Shown in pieces: positions 8,663 through 16,621 of a stretch of DNA of 45,130 nucleotides. Where the stretch lies: positions 1-45,130 of IMG/VR virus record IMGVR_UViG_3300037043_000013; one strand, given 5' to 3'. This stretch comes from a virus. Lineage: Duplodnaviria; Caudoviricetes. The position numbers were made by a program, and so were the translations under genes. Position 1 is the stretch's first letter. Each line of letters starts with the position of its first letter. The notes below the pieces were generated by a model. It worked only from the letters and a program-made list of their open reading frames with translations. It made no database searches and had not been told where the DNA came from.

Positions 8663-9445
8663 ATGAACCAACGCGTTGAATGCCCAACCGCCGCTGATGT
8701 CGAGAAGGCCCTGGCCAATGGCGACATCGCCATCGTCCGCTTCTCCGGTTGGATAACCGTGCGGGGGTCGGCGCACGTCGAGGCCCGGGGGTCGGCGCAC
8801 GTCGTGGCCTATGACTCGGCGCACGTCGTGGCCCGGGGGTCGGCGCACGTCGTGGCCTATGACTCGGCGCACGTCGTGGCCCGGTGGTCGGCGCACGTCG
8901 AGGCCTATGACTCGGCGCACGTCGTGGCCTATGACTCGGCGCACGTCGAGGCCCGGGGGTCGGCGCACGTCGAGGCCTATGACTCGGCGCACGTCGTGGC
9001 CTCCAAACTTGTGGCCGTTCACCGGCACGGAAACACCCCGATGGTCAAGGGTGGAGTCATCATCCAGGTCGATCCACCGAAGACCGCCGCCGAATGGCTC
9101 GACCTCTACGGCATCGAAGTCGTCGACGGCATCGCCGTTCTCTACAAGGCGCTGGACGACAGGTTTGTCAGCCCGCGCGGAATGTCCTACGCGCCCGGCA
9201 CGACCCCCTCGGCCCCCGATTGGGACGGTGGCAAAGCAGAGTGCGGAGGCGGGCTGCACTTCTCGCCTTCGCCTTTCATGGCGAAGGAGTTTGCCCCGGA
9301 GGCCAGGCGCTTCGCGGCTTGCCCCGTCCTCGTCTCCGAGATAGTCGTTCACGAGAACGCGACCTATCCCAATAAGGTAAAGGCCCCGCGGTGCATCGCG
9401 CCGGTTTGGGAAGTTGACGCCTATGGGAACGAGGTGCGTGCGTGA
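8663..9445 (+). CDS. Octapeptide-repeat protein with conserved phage-type C-terminal domain
   Basis: AGGAGG SD; 10x SAHV[EV]A[RG/YD]; C-terminal ECGGGLHF…KVKA. Confidence 0.75.
   Translation: MNQRVECPTAADVEKALANGDIAIVRFSGWITVRGSAHVEARGSAHVVAYDSAHVVARGSAHVVAYDSAHVVARWSAHVEAYDSAHVVAYDSAHVEARGSAHVEAYDSAHVVASKLVAVHRHGNTPMVKGGVIIQVDPPKTAAEWLDLYGIEVVDGIAVLYKALDDRFVSPRGMSYAPGTTPSAPDWDGGKAECGGGLHFSPSPFMAKEFAPEARRFAACPVLVSEIVVHENATYPNKVKAPRCIAPVWEVDAYGNEVRA
8768..9001 (+). repeat. 24-bp coding tandem repeat, 10 units
   Basis: tcggcgcacgtcg[ag/tg]gcc[cggggg/tatgac]. Confidence 0.95.
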
Positions 9446-9541
9446 CCGATCCGCTGCCGGCGCTGTCTGACATCCCGCCTTGTGCGGCTGGGCAGTACGC
9501 ACTCGATGCCGAGCCCTAGAGCGGCGGGCGGCGGGAAACAT

Positions 9542-9672
9542 GGGAGAGCGGCGTGGTGAGACACGCTTACCGAGTAGACCGCTACGGGGTGCGTATGTGC
9601 CCCGTCTCGACCGAGCCCGACCGAAAGGTATCGTGCAGTGATGCGGAAGCCGGATCATTCCGGCCTCTCCCA
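9542..9672 (+). ncRNA. tRNA-like RNA 2
   Basis: Acceptor GGGAGAG/CTCTCCC + A; T stem GCCGG/CCGGC with degenerate loop ATCATT; collinear with 1772-1903 with compensatory changes. Confidence 0.75.
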
Positions 9673-9732
9673 ACTTGCAGGCGGGGCGGCGGAAACTTAC
9701 TCAACGTCGTGAGTAGTTCGCAGGAGGCTGGA

Positions 9733-9924
9733 ATGGGACACGACATGACCAAGGATGTTGGTGATACGACCAAGCCTGTTGGTGGCCCAGACGAGTTGCG
9801 GAAGGCTATCGACAAACTGCTTCCATTGGACGAGTTTGACTATGAGAAAGCCGAGGCGTGGAATGCCGGCCGTGCCGCCGCTCAGCGGCGGGGCGGCGGA
9901 ACACAGGAGACCGACGATGACTGA
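9733..9924 (+). CDS. Mosaic-family small protein
   Basis: AGGAGG SD; MGHDMTKDVGDTTKPVGGPDELRKA. Confidence 0.55.
   Translation: MGHDMTKDVGDTTKPVGGPDELRKAIDKLLPLDEFDYEKAEAWNAGRAAAQRRGGGTQETDDD
9740..9807 (+). repeat. 68-bp direct repeat, copy 1 (copy 2 at 10190-10257)
   Basis: acgacatgaccaaggatgttgg…gcggaaggct identical in both copies. Confidence 0.9.
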
Positions 9925-10198
9925 GCCAACACCGCGCACGATATCCGAGCTCCTCCGCGACATCGCCGGCGCCGACGTCCGGCGTGGCGTGTACCGCGTC
10001 TCTCTCGTGGCGGCTGCCCACACGACCGGCTTCAACGCGGTCGTCGAGATGCGCGGCAACCATGTCGATGGCTACGGCGGCTTCACCTTCCACGCCGACA
10101 CACCCGAGGTCGCCCTGGAGGGCGTCGAGCTCGAACTGCTCGCCGCGCTTGGACGCTGCCCGGAGTGCGGCAATTTCCGAGAGGGGAAGACGACATGA
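9917..10198 (+). CDS. Hypothetical protein with C-terminal CPEC
   Basis: AGGAG SD; MTEPTPRTISELL…. Confidence 0.55.
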   Translation: MTEPTPRTISELLRDIAGADVRRGVYRVSLVAAAHTTGFNAVVEMRGNHVDGYGGFTFHADTPEVALEGVELELLAALGRCPECGNFREGKTT

Positions 10199-10644
10199 CC
10201 AAGGATGTTGGTGATACGACCAAGCCTGTTGGTGGCCCAGACGAGTTGCGGAAGGCTGCCGAACGGCTTGCATGCGAGCTTGGCGACATGGCACCCCCTA
10301 TCGTCGCCCTGCGTGCCGCCGCCGACGCATGGAAGGCGGACCTAGAATGGCACAGAGAGCAGACCGAGGGGGTTTGGGCTGCTAACGCCGTCCTCCGCCA
10401 GCGGCTGGAGGCGGCGGAGAGCCTGCGGCGCTTCGCTTCGGCATGCCGCATGGCCGTTGGCGGACGCATGGACGACTACCTCTATGCCGTCTATGCGTTG
10501 CGTGACGACCCCGTGACCGAGAAGGCGGGACTGACCGACCTCGCATGGGCACTGCTACAAGGCGGAAACGTCAGCAGAGGCGACTGGGATGGGTTTGTGA
10601 AGCATTGGCTGGCCGCCGCCCTCGCAGGGAAGGAGAAGCCATGA
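10195..10644 (+). CDS. Mosaic-family protein
   Basis: Carries both the 68-bp and 101-bp repeats; ends AALAGKEKP. Confidence 0.65.
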   Translation: MTKDVGDTTKPVGGPDELRKAAERLACELGDMAPPIVALRAAADAWKADLEWHREQTEGVWAANAVLRQRLEAAESLRRFASACRMAVGGRMDDYLYAVYALRDDPVTEKAGLTDLAWALLQGGNVSRGDWDGFVKHWLAAALAGKEKP

Positions 10645-10883
10645 CCGATGACATTGCCGAGTTGGAGTGCGACGAGAACGTGACCGAACTGGCCAAGCAA
10701 CTTCGCTCTGCTCGCAAGCGGCTGGAGGCGGCGGAGAAGGCGGTGCCGACGACGTGGCTTGACCCGCTTCTTAGCGGGCCGAGCGCCATCGGTGGGCTTG
10801 ACCGCTGCGACGGGTCGGTTATAGAGGCGCTGTTGCGGGCAGTCAAAAGCCGCATCGCCGCCCTCGCAGGGGAGAAGCCATGA
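10641..10883 (+). CDS. Mosaic-family small protein
   Basis: RKRLEAAEK…AALAGEKP; ATGA overlap. Confidence 0.6.
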   Translation: MTDDIAELECDENVTELAKQLRSARKRLEAAEKAVPTTWLDPLLSGPSAIGGLDRCDGSVIEALLRAVKSRIAALAGEKP

Positions 10884-10942
10884 CGTTCATTGTCTTTTTC
10901 TTGATCGGCTTTATGGTCGGGAGTTTGCTGCTCCGTGACTAA
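10880..10942 (+). CDS. 20-aa single-TM peptide
   Basis: MTFIVFFLIGFMVGSLLLRD*; GGAG SD, ATGA overlap. Confidence 0.45.
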   Translation: MTFIVFFLIGFMVGSLLLRD

Positions 10943-11465
10943 GGCAGACGACCTGATCTCTCCTGAGCTACAGGAGCGGTTCGTCTACCTCGGCCAGCTT
11001 GGGGACGATGCGGCATGGGAGATAGGCGACCACGCCGACGATCTGGTGCAGGAGTTCCCCGCCGTCAAGCCGCACGAGGTCTACGAGGCGATCGCCCTGT
11101 ACTCCCAGCGCCCGCTGGGCACCATTAGGGCCTACCACTACCTGTCCGCCCGGGTGCCCAAGCGGCTGCGGAACGTCTACCCGCAGCTAGGGCGCAGTCA
11201 CCTGAAGGTGCTGGCCGACGCCGCCCGGGGCGACGAGGGCACGCTTGAGGCGCTGATGGAGGCGTGGATCTTGGAGCGCGGGTTTGGCTCCGTCGACGGC
11301 ATGCACCTGTGGCTGCGGGATGCCGGGAACGGGGTGAAGATGTGGGAGAAGAGGCTGAAGCGGATGATCGCAGCAGCCGAGAAGATGGCCGCCGACGACG
11401 AGGCTCCCCCGGAAATCTGCATGTTAGCATGCAGCTTCTTGGAGGGCGCGGAGGAGTACAGATGA
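10935..11465 (+). CDS. Hypothetical helical protein
   Basis: Fills operon gap; …AAWEIGD…. Confidence 0.6.
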   Translation: MTKADDLISPELQERFVYLGQLGDDAAWEIGDHADDLVQEFPAVKPHEVYEAIALYSQRPLGTIRAYHYLSARVPKRLRNVYPQLGRSHLKVLADAARGDEGTLEALMEAWILERGFGSVDGMHLWLRDAGNGVKMWEKRLKRMIAAAEKMAADDEAPPEICMLACSFLEGAEEYR

Positions 11466-12037
11466 ACGGATACTGGAGGACGCTGTTCACGTTCTGGAAG
11501 GACAACGACCTGACCTTTGCCGAGGCCGTAATCGGGGGTCTGCCGGAGGCCTTCTACCTAGCGCCGTCGTCTACCACGGGCAAGTACCACCCGCAGGACG
11601 AGATAGCGGCGGGCGGGCTGGCGCTGCACTCGTGGCGCATGGCGATGCTGTCGCAGGAAATGTCACGCATGAGCGACGATGCCGGACGGCTTGCCAAGCC
11701 CCTGCTGCTGGCGGCGATCGTGCATGACGCCTTCAAGCCGGCGCTCTCCCGGGCGGACTACTGGCAGCACCCGCTGGCGTCGGCCAAGCATGTGCTGTTG
11801 ACGCTACCCGATCTGGACATCCCGTGGCGCTACCAGTGCGCGTACGCCTGCGCCAGCCACGAGGGACGGTGGACGGACCCGCGCACGTGGGCCGGCCTGC
11901 CGCAGTTCTCCGATGGCCCGGCGACTGACTACTCCGATGTCCGGGCGGCCATGCACGCGGCCGACTACGTTCTGTCCCGCCGGGTGACGTGGGATGTCAT
12001 GCGGAACGGGAAGCCCTACGTCAAGGAGGGAGAATGA
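11462..12037 (+). CDS. HD-domain phosphohydrolase (YhaM-like)
   Basis: APSS.TGKYHP…GGLALH…IVHD..K…SHEGRW…HAADY. Confidence 0.85.
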   Translation: MNGYWRTLFTFWKDNDLTFAEAVIGGLPEAFYLAPSSTTGKYHPQDEIAAGGLALHSWRMAMLSQEMSRMSDDAGRLAKPLLLAAIVHDAFKPALSRADYWQHPLASAKHVLLTLPDLDIPWRYQCAYACASHEGRWTDPRTWAGLPQFSDGPATDYSDVRAAMHAADYVLSRRVTWDVMRNGKPYVKEGE

Positions 12038-12240
12038 TCGAGGTCAAGGTCTACCGGGTCAACAAGGCGAAGCCGCTGGTCTACATGGCGGAGACGGAAG
12101 AGTCGGCCAACCAGTTCATCGCCGGCGTGGTCGAACACGGGTTCACGTTCCTGTCCGAGGGCAAGTCGGTGTACTGGCCGCCGCACGCCATCGTGGAAGT
12201 GACGAGGGTGTACACGCCAGAGAAAGAGAAGGGGGCCTAG
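12034..12240 (+). CDS. Hypothetical protein
   Basis: AAGGAGG SD, ATGA overlap. Confidence 0.6.
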   Translation: MIEVKVYRVNKAKPLVYMAETEESANQFIAGVVEHGFTFLSEGKSVYWPPHAIVEVTRVYTPEKEKGA

Positions 12241-12249
12241 CGGCCCCCT
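12230..12249. terminator. Hairpin at convergence of the two arms
   Basis: AGGGGGCC-TAGC-GGCCCCCT; A-rich upstream gives a U-tract on the minus strand. Confidence 0.6.
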
Positions 12250-12252
12250 GTC

Positions 12253-12468
12253 TCACTGGGCCACGTCCTCACATGGGCGGGCCGTCCCGATGTACTCGAC
12301 CTCGCTGATGGAGGCCTTGCGGAAGTGGCCCTGCTGGTTGTCGTCGTCGCCGTAGAAGAGCTCGGCGGCGGCGATGGCCTTCTGGATGTCGCCCGGGTGC
12401 GGGCTGTACTGCTCGATCTCGACGGCGAACAGGCTGTTGCGGATGCGGTAGATCGCTAGGTACTTCAT
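12253..12468 (-). CDS. Hypothetical protein
   Basis: GGAG…TGACATG start context. Confidence 0.6.
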   Translation of the reverse strand: MKYLAIYRIRNSLFAVEIEQYSPHPGDIQKAIAAAELFYGDDDNQQGHFRKASISEVEYIGTARPCEDVAQ

Positions 12469-12469
12469 G

Positions 12470-12742
12470 TCATCGCTCCAGTAGGCGGGCCAGCATGACG
12501 GCTGCCTCGCCTCGGGTCAGGGGCCGGTCTGGGCAGTACATGGCGGGCTCGGTCTGGCAGCCAGCCGTCAGTCCGGCCAAGCGGATTTCCTCGATGGCCC
12601 ACGCGTACGGGTGGCCGACAGTGTCGGTGAACGGGCCGACGAGGGCGCGGGGGCTGTTGTCGATGGCGAGCCCGATGAAGACGCCCAGCACTATTGACGC
12701 CACCACCACGGCCGCGATCAGAACCTTGTCTCCTGTATCCAT
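12470..12742 (-). CDS. Membrane-anchored S-layer homology (SLH) domain protein
   Basis: N-terminal TM; FTDT.GH…AIE..…G…YCPDRPLTRGEAAVML. Confidence 0.75.
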   Translation of the reverse strand: MDTGDKVLIAAVVVASIVLGVFIGLAIDNSPRALVGPFTDTVGHPYAWAIEEIRLAGLTAGCQTEPAMYCPDRPLTRGEAAVMLARLLER

Positions 12743-12743
12743 G

Positions 12744-12860
12744 TCATCCTCCCATGACTAGCAGCCAGCAGGCTGCAAGGGCGAACGGCAGCACAAGCCA
12801 CAGCAGTTGGCCCAGCTTGTACCACAGCACGATCTCAAGGTCGGGTCCTATCTTCTTCAT
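12744..12860 (-). CDS. 38-aa membrane peptide (not in ORF track)
   Basis: MKKIGPDLEIVLWYKLGQLLWLVLPFALAACWLLVMGG*; GGAGGATGACATG context. Confidence 0.55.
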   Translation of the reverse strand: MKKIGPDLEIVLWYKLGQLLWLVLPFALAACWLLVMGG

Positions 12861-12861
12861 G

Positions 12862-12954
12862 TCATCCTCCTGCGGCAAGCCACATGCAGGCTTGCACGAA
12901 TACGATCACGGCTAGGCAGGTGTACACGGCGGGCAGGAATCGGTCATCGCCCAT
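12862..12954 (-). CDS. 30-aa membrane peptide (not in ORF track)
   Basis: MGDDRFLPAVYTCLAVIVFVQACMWLAAGG*; GGAGG SD; overlaps 3' end of 12912-13346. Confidence 0.45.
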   Translation of the reverse strand: MGDDRFLPAVYTCLAVIVFVQACMWLAAGG

Positions 12955-13346
12955 GCGGCCTCCCAAAGGTTTGCGAGCAGCAGGCGCACGCCCCGCTCGC
13001 GGTAGTGGTTGGCGGATTCCACGATCTCACGGCTGTACCCTCGGAGATTGTACACCCAAACCAGCGTGCCGGCAAGGGTGGTGGGGCTCATGTCTTGGTC
13101 CAGAATGCAGCACAGCAGCGCCCCGTCGACCTCTGGCATGTTAGCATGCGGCTCGTCAACGGGCTGGCTGGCGGGCGGCCGCTGGAAGGTTGACGTGTCG
13201 GAGGTGGCCCAGTCGCCAACCATCCCGCCAGCCGTGGCCACCTGTCGGCCGCAGTTCGTACACAGGTTGAACCGGAAGCCTGCCCACTCGTACTCGGTTA
13301 GCGTGTACCCGCAGCGCGGGCAGATCATGGGCCCGGGGTTGGTCAT
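12912..13346 (-). CDS. Zn-ribbon hypothetical protein
   Basis: CPRC…CTNC; GGAGGACTGACATG context. Confidence 0.55.
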   Translation of the reverse strand: MTNPGPMICPRCGYTLTEYEWAGFRFNLCTNCGRQVATAGGMVGDWATSDTSTFQRPPASQPVDEPHANMPEVDGALLCCILDQDMSPTTLAGTLVWVYNLRGYSREIVESANHYRERGVRLLLANLWEAAWAMTDSCPPCTPA

Positions 13347-13347
13347 G

Positions 13348-13908
13348 TCAGTCCTCCTTGTCCAGAACGGTGATGTTCCCGTTGTTGGCCCCGTCGATGG
13401 TGTGGGCCGGGCCGAAGTAGGCCCCGGGCAGCTTGCCGGTGTCGACCGCTCGCCGCAGCCGGGCGGCGTTCTCGGTGCCCCATGCAATCAGGGCGGACGG
13501 TGCGCCAGACGATGACTTGGGCTGCGTGCCGTCCGGGCGGCAGAACATGATGCGCTTGGCCGGGAACAGGTAGGCCGTGGCCGTGGGGAAGATGACGTCT
13601 TGCCACAGCCGCGTCTCCACCCGGGCGAAGATGAGGGCGATCCCGTTCCCGTGTTCGGCTAGCCGCTGTATCCAGACGGCGGTGTTGGGCCCGTAGGGCG
13701 GATTGCAGTACACGTTCCCGTACCAGTCCTCCTTGAGCCCGTCAGTCTCCGGCGGGCCGAAGTGTTCGGCTGCCGTGGGCCACGGCTGGGTGGCCGAGGC
13801 GCATGGGTCAAGGTCGAACGGCCCCAGTGCGTCGATGATGTACTTCGGCGTTATCCAGTCGTTCGTCTGCCCCTCGTAGGGGTTCTCGTGTCCGAAGCCG
13901 TCGCTCAT
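13348..13908 (-). CDS. Phage DNA N6-adenine methyltransferase (phage Dam family)
   Basis: NDWITP…FDLDPCAS…VYCNPPYG. Confidence 0.9.
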   Translation of the reverse strand: MSDGFGHENPYEGQTNDWITPKYIIDALGPFDLDPCASATQPWPTAAEHFGPPETDGLKEDWYGNVYCNPPYGPNTAVWIQRLAEHGNGIALIFARVETRLWQDVIFPTATAYLFPAKRIMFCRPDGTQPKSSSGAPSALIAWGTENAARLRRAVDTGKLPGAYFGPAHTIDGANNGNITVLDKED

Positions 13909-13909
13909 G

Positions 13910-14125
13910 TCATCCCGCCAGTTCGTCTACGGCCTTCTGCGCCTTGGCCAGCAGCTTGTCGACCTTCTTGCCTTCGGCCCGCATGGCGCGGGCGTAGCGC
14001 ACGTCCTCGTGCTCCTCGCACACATCCGCCTCGGCCTCATACGCTTCTCGTATGGCCCGGCGCACGTCATCAATGAACAGGTTCACCCCGGTTCCGTCTC
14101 GCAGAATGTCGCCTAGCTTGTCCAT
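13910..14125 (-). CDS. Hypothetical protein
   Basis: MDKLGDILRDG…; GGAGGACTGACATG context. Confidence 0.6.
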   Translation of the reverse strand: MDKLGDILRDGTGVNLFIDDVRRAIREAYEAEADVCEEHEDVRYARAMRAEGKKVDKLLAKAQKAVDELAG

Positions 14126-14126
14126 G

Positions 14127-14351
14127 TCAGTCCTCCTGCCTTCCGTGAAGGTCTTCCCACAGCTTGTAGTCGTAGTTGTACTTGGCCATGTACGGGATGC
14201 GGCTGGTATGGCTTCGGCGGTAGGCCTCGACGGCATCCAGCCCCATGGCGTACTCGGGGGTCCACCGGAAGTCGGTAAACTCGGTCCGGTCTAGGACCTC
14301 AGACAGGGCGGTGGCCAGCCGGGCGGCGTGGACGGCTTCTGGGTTGGTCAT
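14127..14351 (-). CDS. Hypothetical protein
   Basis: Operon packing, GGAG SD. Confidence 0.6.
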   Translation of the reverse strand: MTNPEAVHAARLATALSEVLDRTEFTDFRWTPEYAMGLDAVEAYRRSHTSRIPYMAKYNYDYKLWEDLHGRQED

Positions 14352-14352
14352 G

Positions 14353-14535
14353 CTAGGCTCCCTTCGGCTTTACGTAGTGGTCGCAGCCCTCGTCATCCTT
14401 GACGATCGTGTGCGCGTCATCGGGCAGCTTGCCCTCTCGGCTGACTACTTCGTGCCTGCCTGTCTGGCGGTCCACCCGGTGCCAGTTAGGGCCGACCTTG
14501 ACGTGGTAGTGGGCGTCGGTGTCACGCGGTGGCAT
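14353..14535 (-). CDS. Hypothetical protein
   Basis: MPPRDTDAHYHVKV…; fills gap. Confidence 0.5.
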   Translation of the reverse strand: MPPRDTDAHYHVKVGPNWHRVDRQTGRHEVVSREGKLPDDAHTIVKDDEGCDHYVKPKGA

Positions 14536-14953
14536 AGCGGGCCTTCCATTCCTTGCTGGCAGCGGCGCGCTCGGCCCGGTAGGCCTTCTTGATAGCGGCT
14601 TTCGCCCGGCAGCGTGCGCGCCAGCCGCGGGCCCAGCCGCTCGGGTCCTTCTGATCGTCAAGCGGCGCGAGCTCATCCAGCAGGTCGATGTAGCTGGCGG
14701 GGGCCCCGTTGATGTTCGGGCCGACCGACTCGTCCATATCCTTGTACCCGAGGTTGTAGTAGCTGCGGGGGGCATGCTTGAGCATGATGGCCACCCCGAA
14801 CACGTCACCGGTGCGCTTGGCGCGCAGGACGGCGTAGGCCTCGGTCCAGCCGCGGGAGCAGAAGCGCAGAATCTCCACGCCCTCGCCCCATTCATCCTGA
14901 AAGAAGGATTGCATTGTCTGACCGTACCCCTTGTTCGTGAACATCCAGCCCAT
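14522..14953 (-). CDS. DUF6927-like protein
   Basis: MGW…YKDMDESVGP…AP…LL..L…WA..WR.RC. Confidence 0.7.
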   Translation of the reverse strand: MGWMFTNKGYGQTMQSFFQDEWGEGVEILRFCSRGWTEAYAVLRAKRTGDVFGVAIMLKHAPRSYYNLGYKDMDESVGPNINGAPASYIDLLDELAPLDDQKDPSGWARGWRARCRAKAAIKKAYRAERAAASKEWKARYATA

Positions 14954-15026
14954 GTTTGCTCTCCAGCCGTGCCAGATAGGCGGCCCTCGCAGGGGGCCCG
15001 GGCAGCCGGGCCCGCCGCGGCGGACG

Positions 15027-15233
15027 TCATCCTTGGTAGGCCTGCTCGCCCAGCCACGCGGCCTCGGGCAGGTAGTCATCCGGGTGTTGAATGTGCCAGC
15101 GCAGGTCGCAGCTTGCCTCATCCTCGGTTGCGAACGGTCCGATGGGCTCGCCGTCCCACTGGTACCACCAGCGGCCTCGGGCACGGTATACCGGGTTGAA
15201 CCTCACGGGAACAGGACTGAATCGGTGGCACAT
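15027..15233 (-). CDS. Hypothetical protein
   Basis: WWY.WD…IGPFATEDEA. Confidence 0.6.
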   Translation of the reverse strand: MCHRFSPVPVRFNPVYRARGRWWYQWDGEPIGPFATEDEASCDLRWHIQHPDDYLPEAAWLGEQAYQG

Positions 15234-15234
15234 G

Positions 15235-15627
15235 CTAGCCCCCCTTCTGGTTGTGGGTCCACTGCGGCCACGTGCCGCTGCGGTCGAACGTCATGTCGAG
15301 CTCGCGCTCGATAACCGGAATGACAAGCTCAGTGATATCCTCGGCATTGTCATAGATCGCCCCCATCGGCATGCCGGGCAGATCCCCGTCCTCAGCGTAG
15401 TCCCCGACGATGGCGATGCGGTCCCCGGCCCAGCGGCCGATAACGGGGTCCGGGTTGAGGTCCCCGCCTCCCCTCGGCTCGGGCATGTTTGCGGTCAAGA
15501 TCAGTACCGCGTCGCTGATGGTGGGGTGGTTGGCCAGAATCTCCCACAGCTTGGCCTCGTTCCCCATCGAGTGAGGGTTGACGGATTCCATTTTGTCTAG
15601 GTTGACGGCTTTCCAGTACTGCCCCAT
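15235..15627 (-). CDS. Conserved phage hypothetical protein
   Basis: MGQY…VNLDK.E…KLWE…GRWAGDRIAIVGDY; GGAGG SD. Confidence 0.7.
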   Translation of the reverse strand: MGQYWKAVNLDKMESVNPHSMGNEAKLWEILANHPTISDAVLILTANMPEPRGGGDLNPDPVIGRWAGDRIAIVGDYAEDGDLPGMPMGAIYDNAEDITELVIPVIERELDMTFDRSGTWPQWTHNQKGG

Positions 15628-15719
15628 GTTGCACCTCCATTGGCAGCCGGTTCGCTGCTCGCTGGGGGCCCACGATCTACCTGCGTGGGTCCCCGGCGGC
15701 CAGTGCCCGGCACTGGCGG

Positions 15720-16232
15720 TCAGTCTAGGCGGCCCCCGGCGTAGGCATGCGTACCAGCGGGCAGGCCTGCGCGCAGGACGTCGGCGTAGGCCTCGGCATA
15801 GGCGGCTTTGCGGTCATAGGACTGGCCACCGGCACTGATCCAAAGCTGGACGCCTCCGCCGTAGGCCTTACGGAAGCCCGCATTCTTGACGGCCCAGCGG
15901 GCAGCGGATGACGTCCCCGGCGTGATGGTCACCCAACCGAACCCGCACACGCCTTCGGGAACGTACCACGATTGTACCACCGGAGAATTGTCGTTGAATG
16001 CTTCCGATCGCTGCTGCACCACCATGGGCTCGGGCACGGCAGCCACCAGCGCGGCCTCGCCAGCGGCCTCGGCCCGGGCAAACAGATCAGCAAAGCCCGC
16101 GTACCGGTCGGCCCGTTCGGCCTCGGCCATGCCCACGCGGGCTTTCCATGCCACCCGGGCGGCCTCGCGGTGGGCCTTGCAGTACTTGGACTTGCCGACG
16201 GTCGGCTCGTTGCAATCAGGCGTCGCGCACAT
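15720..16232 (-). CDS. Conserved phage hypothetical protein
   Basis: AAGGAG SD; GVCGFGWV…QSYDRKAAYA.A.A.VL. Confidence 0.7.
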   Translation of the reverse strand: MCATPDCNEPTVGKSKYCKAHREAARVAWKARVGMAEAERADRYAGFADLFARAEAAGEAALVAAVPEPMVVQQRSEAFNDNSPVVQSWYVPEGVCGFGWVTITPGTSSAARWAVKNAGFRKAYGGGVQLWISAGGQSYDRKAAYAEAYADVLRAGLPAGTHAYAGGRLD

Positions 16233-16256
16233 TGTAGACTCCTTTCGGCTGCATTC

Positions 16257-16322
16257 ATCCTAACCGATCAGCCCGGCGGGCGGCAGTGACAAATGTCACC
16301 CGCCGGGCATGACAAACGTCAC
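16257..16322 (-). promoter_or_regulatory. Putative activator-dependent promoter with CRP/FNR-like boxes
   Basis: -10 TAGGAT (16262-16257); GTGA-N6-TCAC at 16286-16299; second box 16309-16322. Confidence 0.55.
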
Positions 16323-16523
16323 CTATCGGCGCGAGTACTCCATGCCGCACATGCGGCAGCGGTACCACGTGAGCATGCCCAGCTGGCCCATGGGCTCGTT
16401 GACATGCCCGCATGCCGGGCACTGTGCGGGCATGGGCTCGGGCTCGGGCATGGGCTCGGGCTCGGGATACAGCGCGCTGTAGTAGTCCACCATATCAACC
16501 GGGGCAGTGCGTCTGGCATTCAT
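16323..16523 (-). CDS. Small Zn-ribbon protein
   Basis: GGAGG SD; PEPEPM x2; CPAC…CRMC. Confidence 0.55.
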   Translation of the reverse strand: MNARRTAPVDMVDYYSALYPEPEPMPEPEPMPAQCPACGHVNEPMGQLGMLTWYRCRMCGMEYSRR

Positions 16524-16621
16524 TCTGTCAACCTCCCGTTCGGGCCGGTCTGCCCGGGCTCGCGGCCGACGGTAGGGTCGGCCGCGTGCGCGGGCGGGCA
16601 TGCTACCATGCCCGCGGGCGG

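Noticed and set aside
8768-9001. CRISPR array
   Set aside because: In-frame contiguous repeat without unique spacers; no cas genes
6979-10414. DGR template/variable repeat pair
   Set aside because: Copies are identical with no adenine-specific mismatches, and no reverse transcriptase is present
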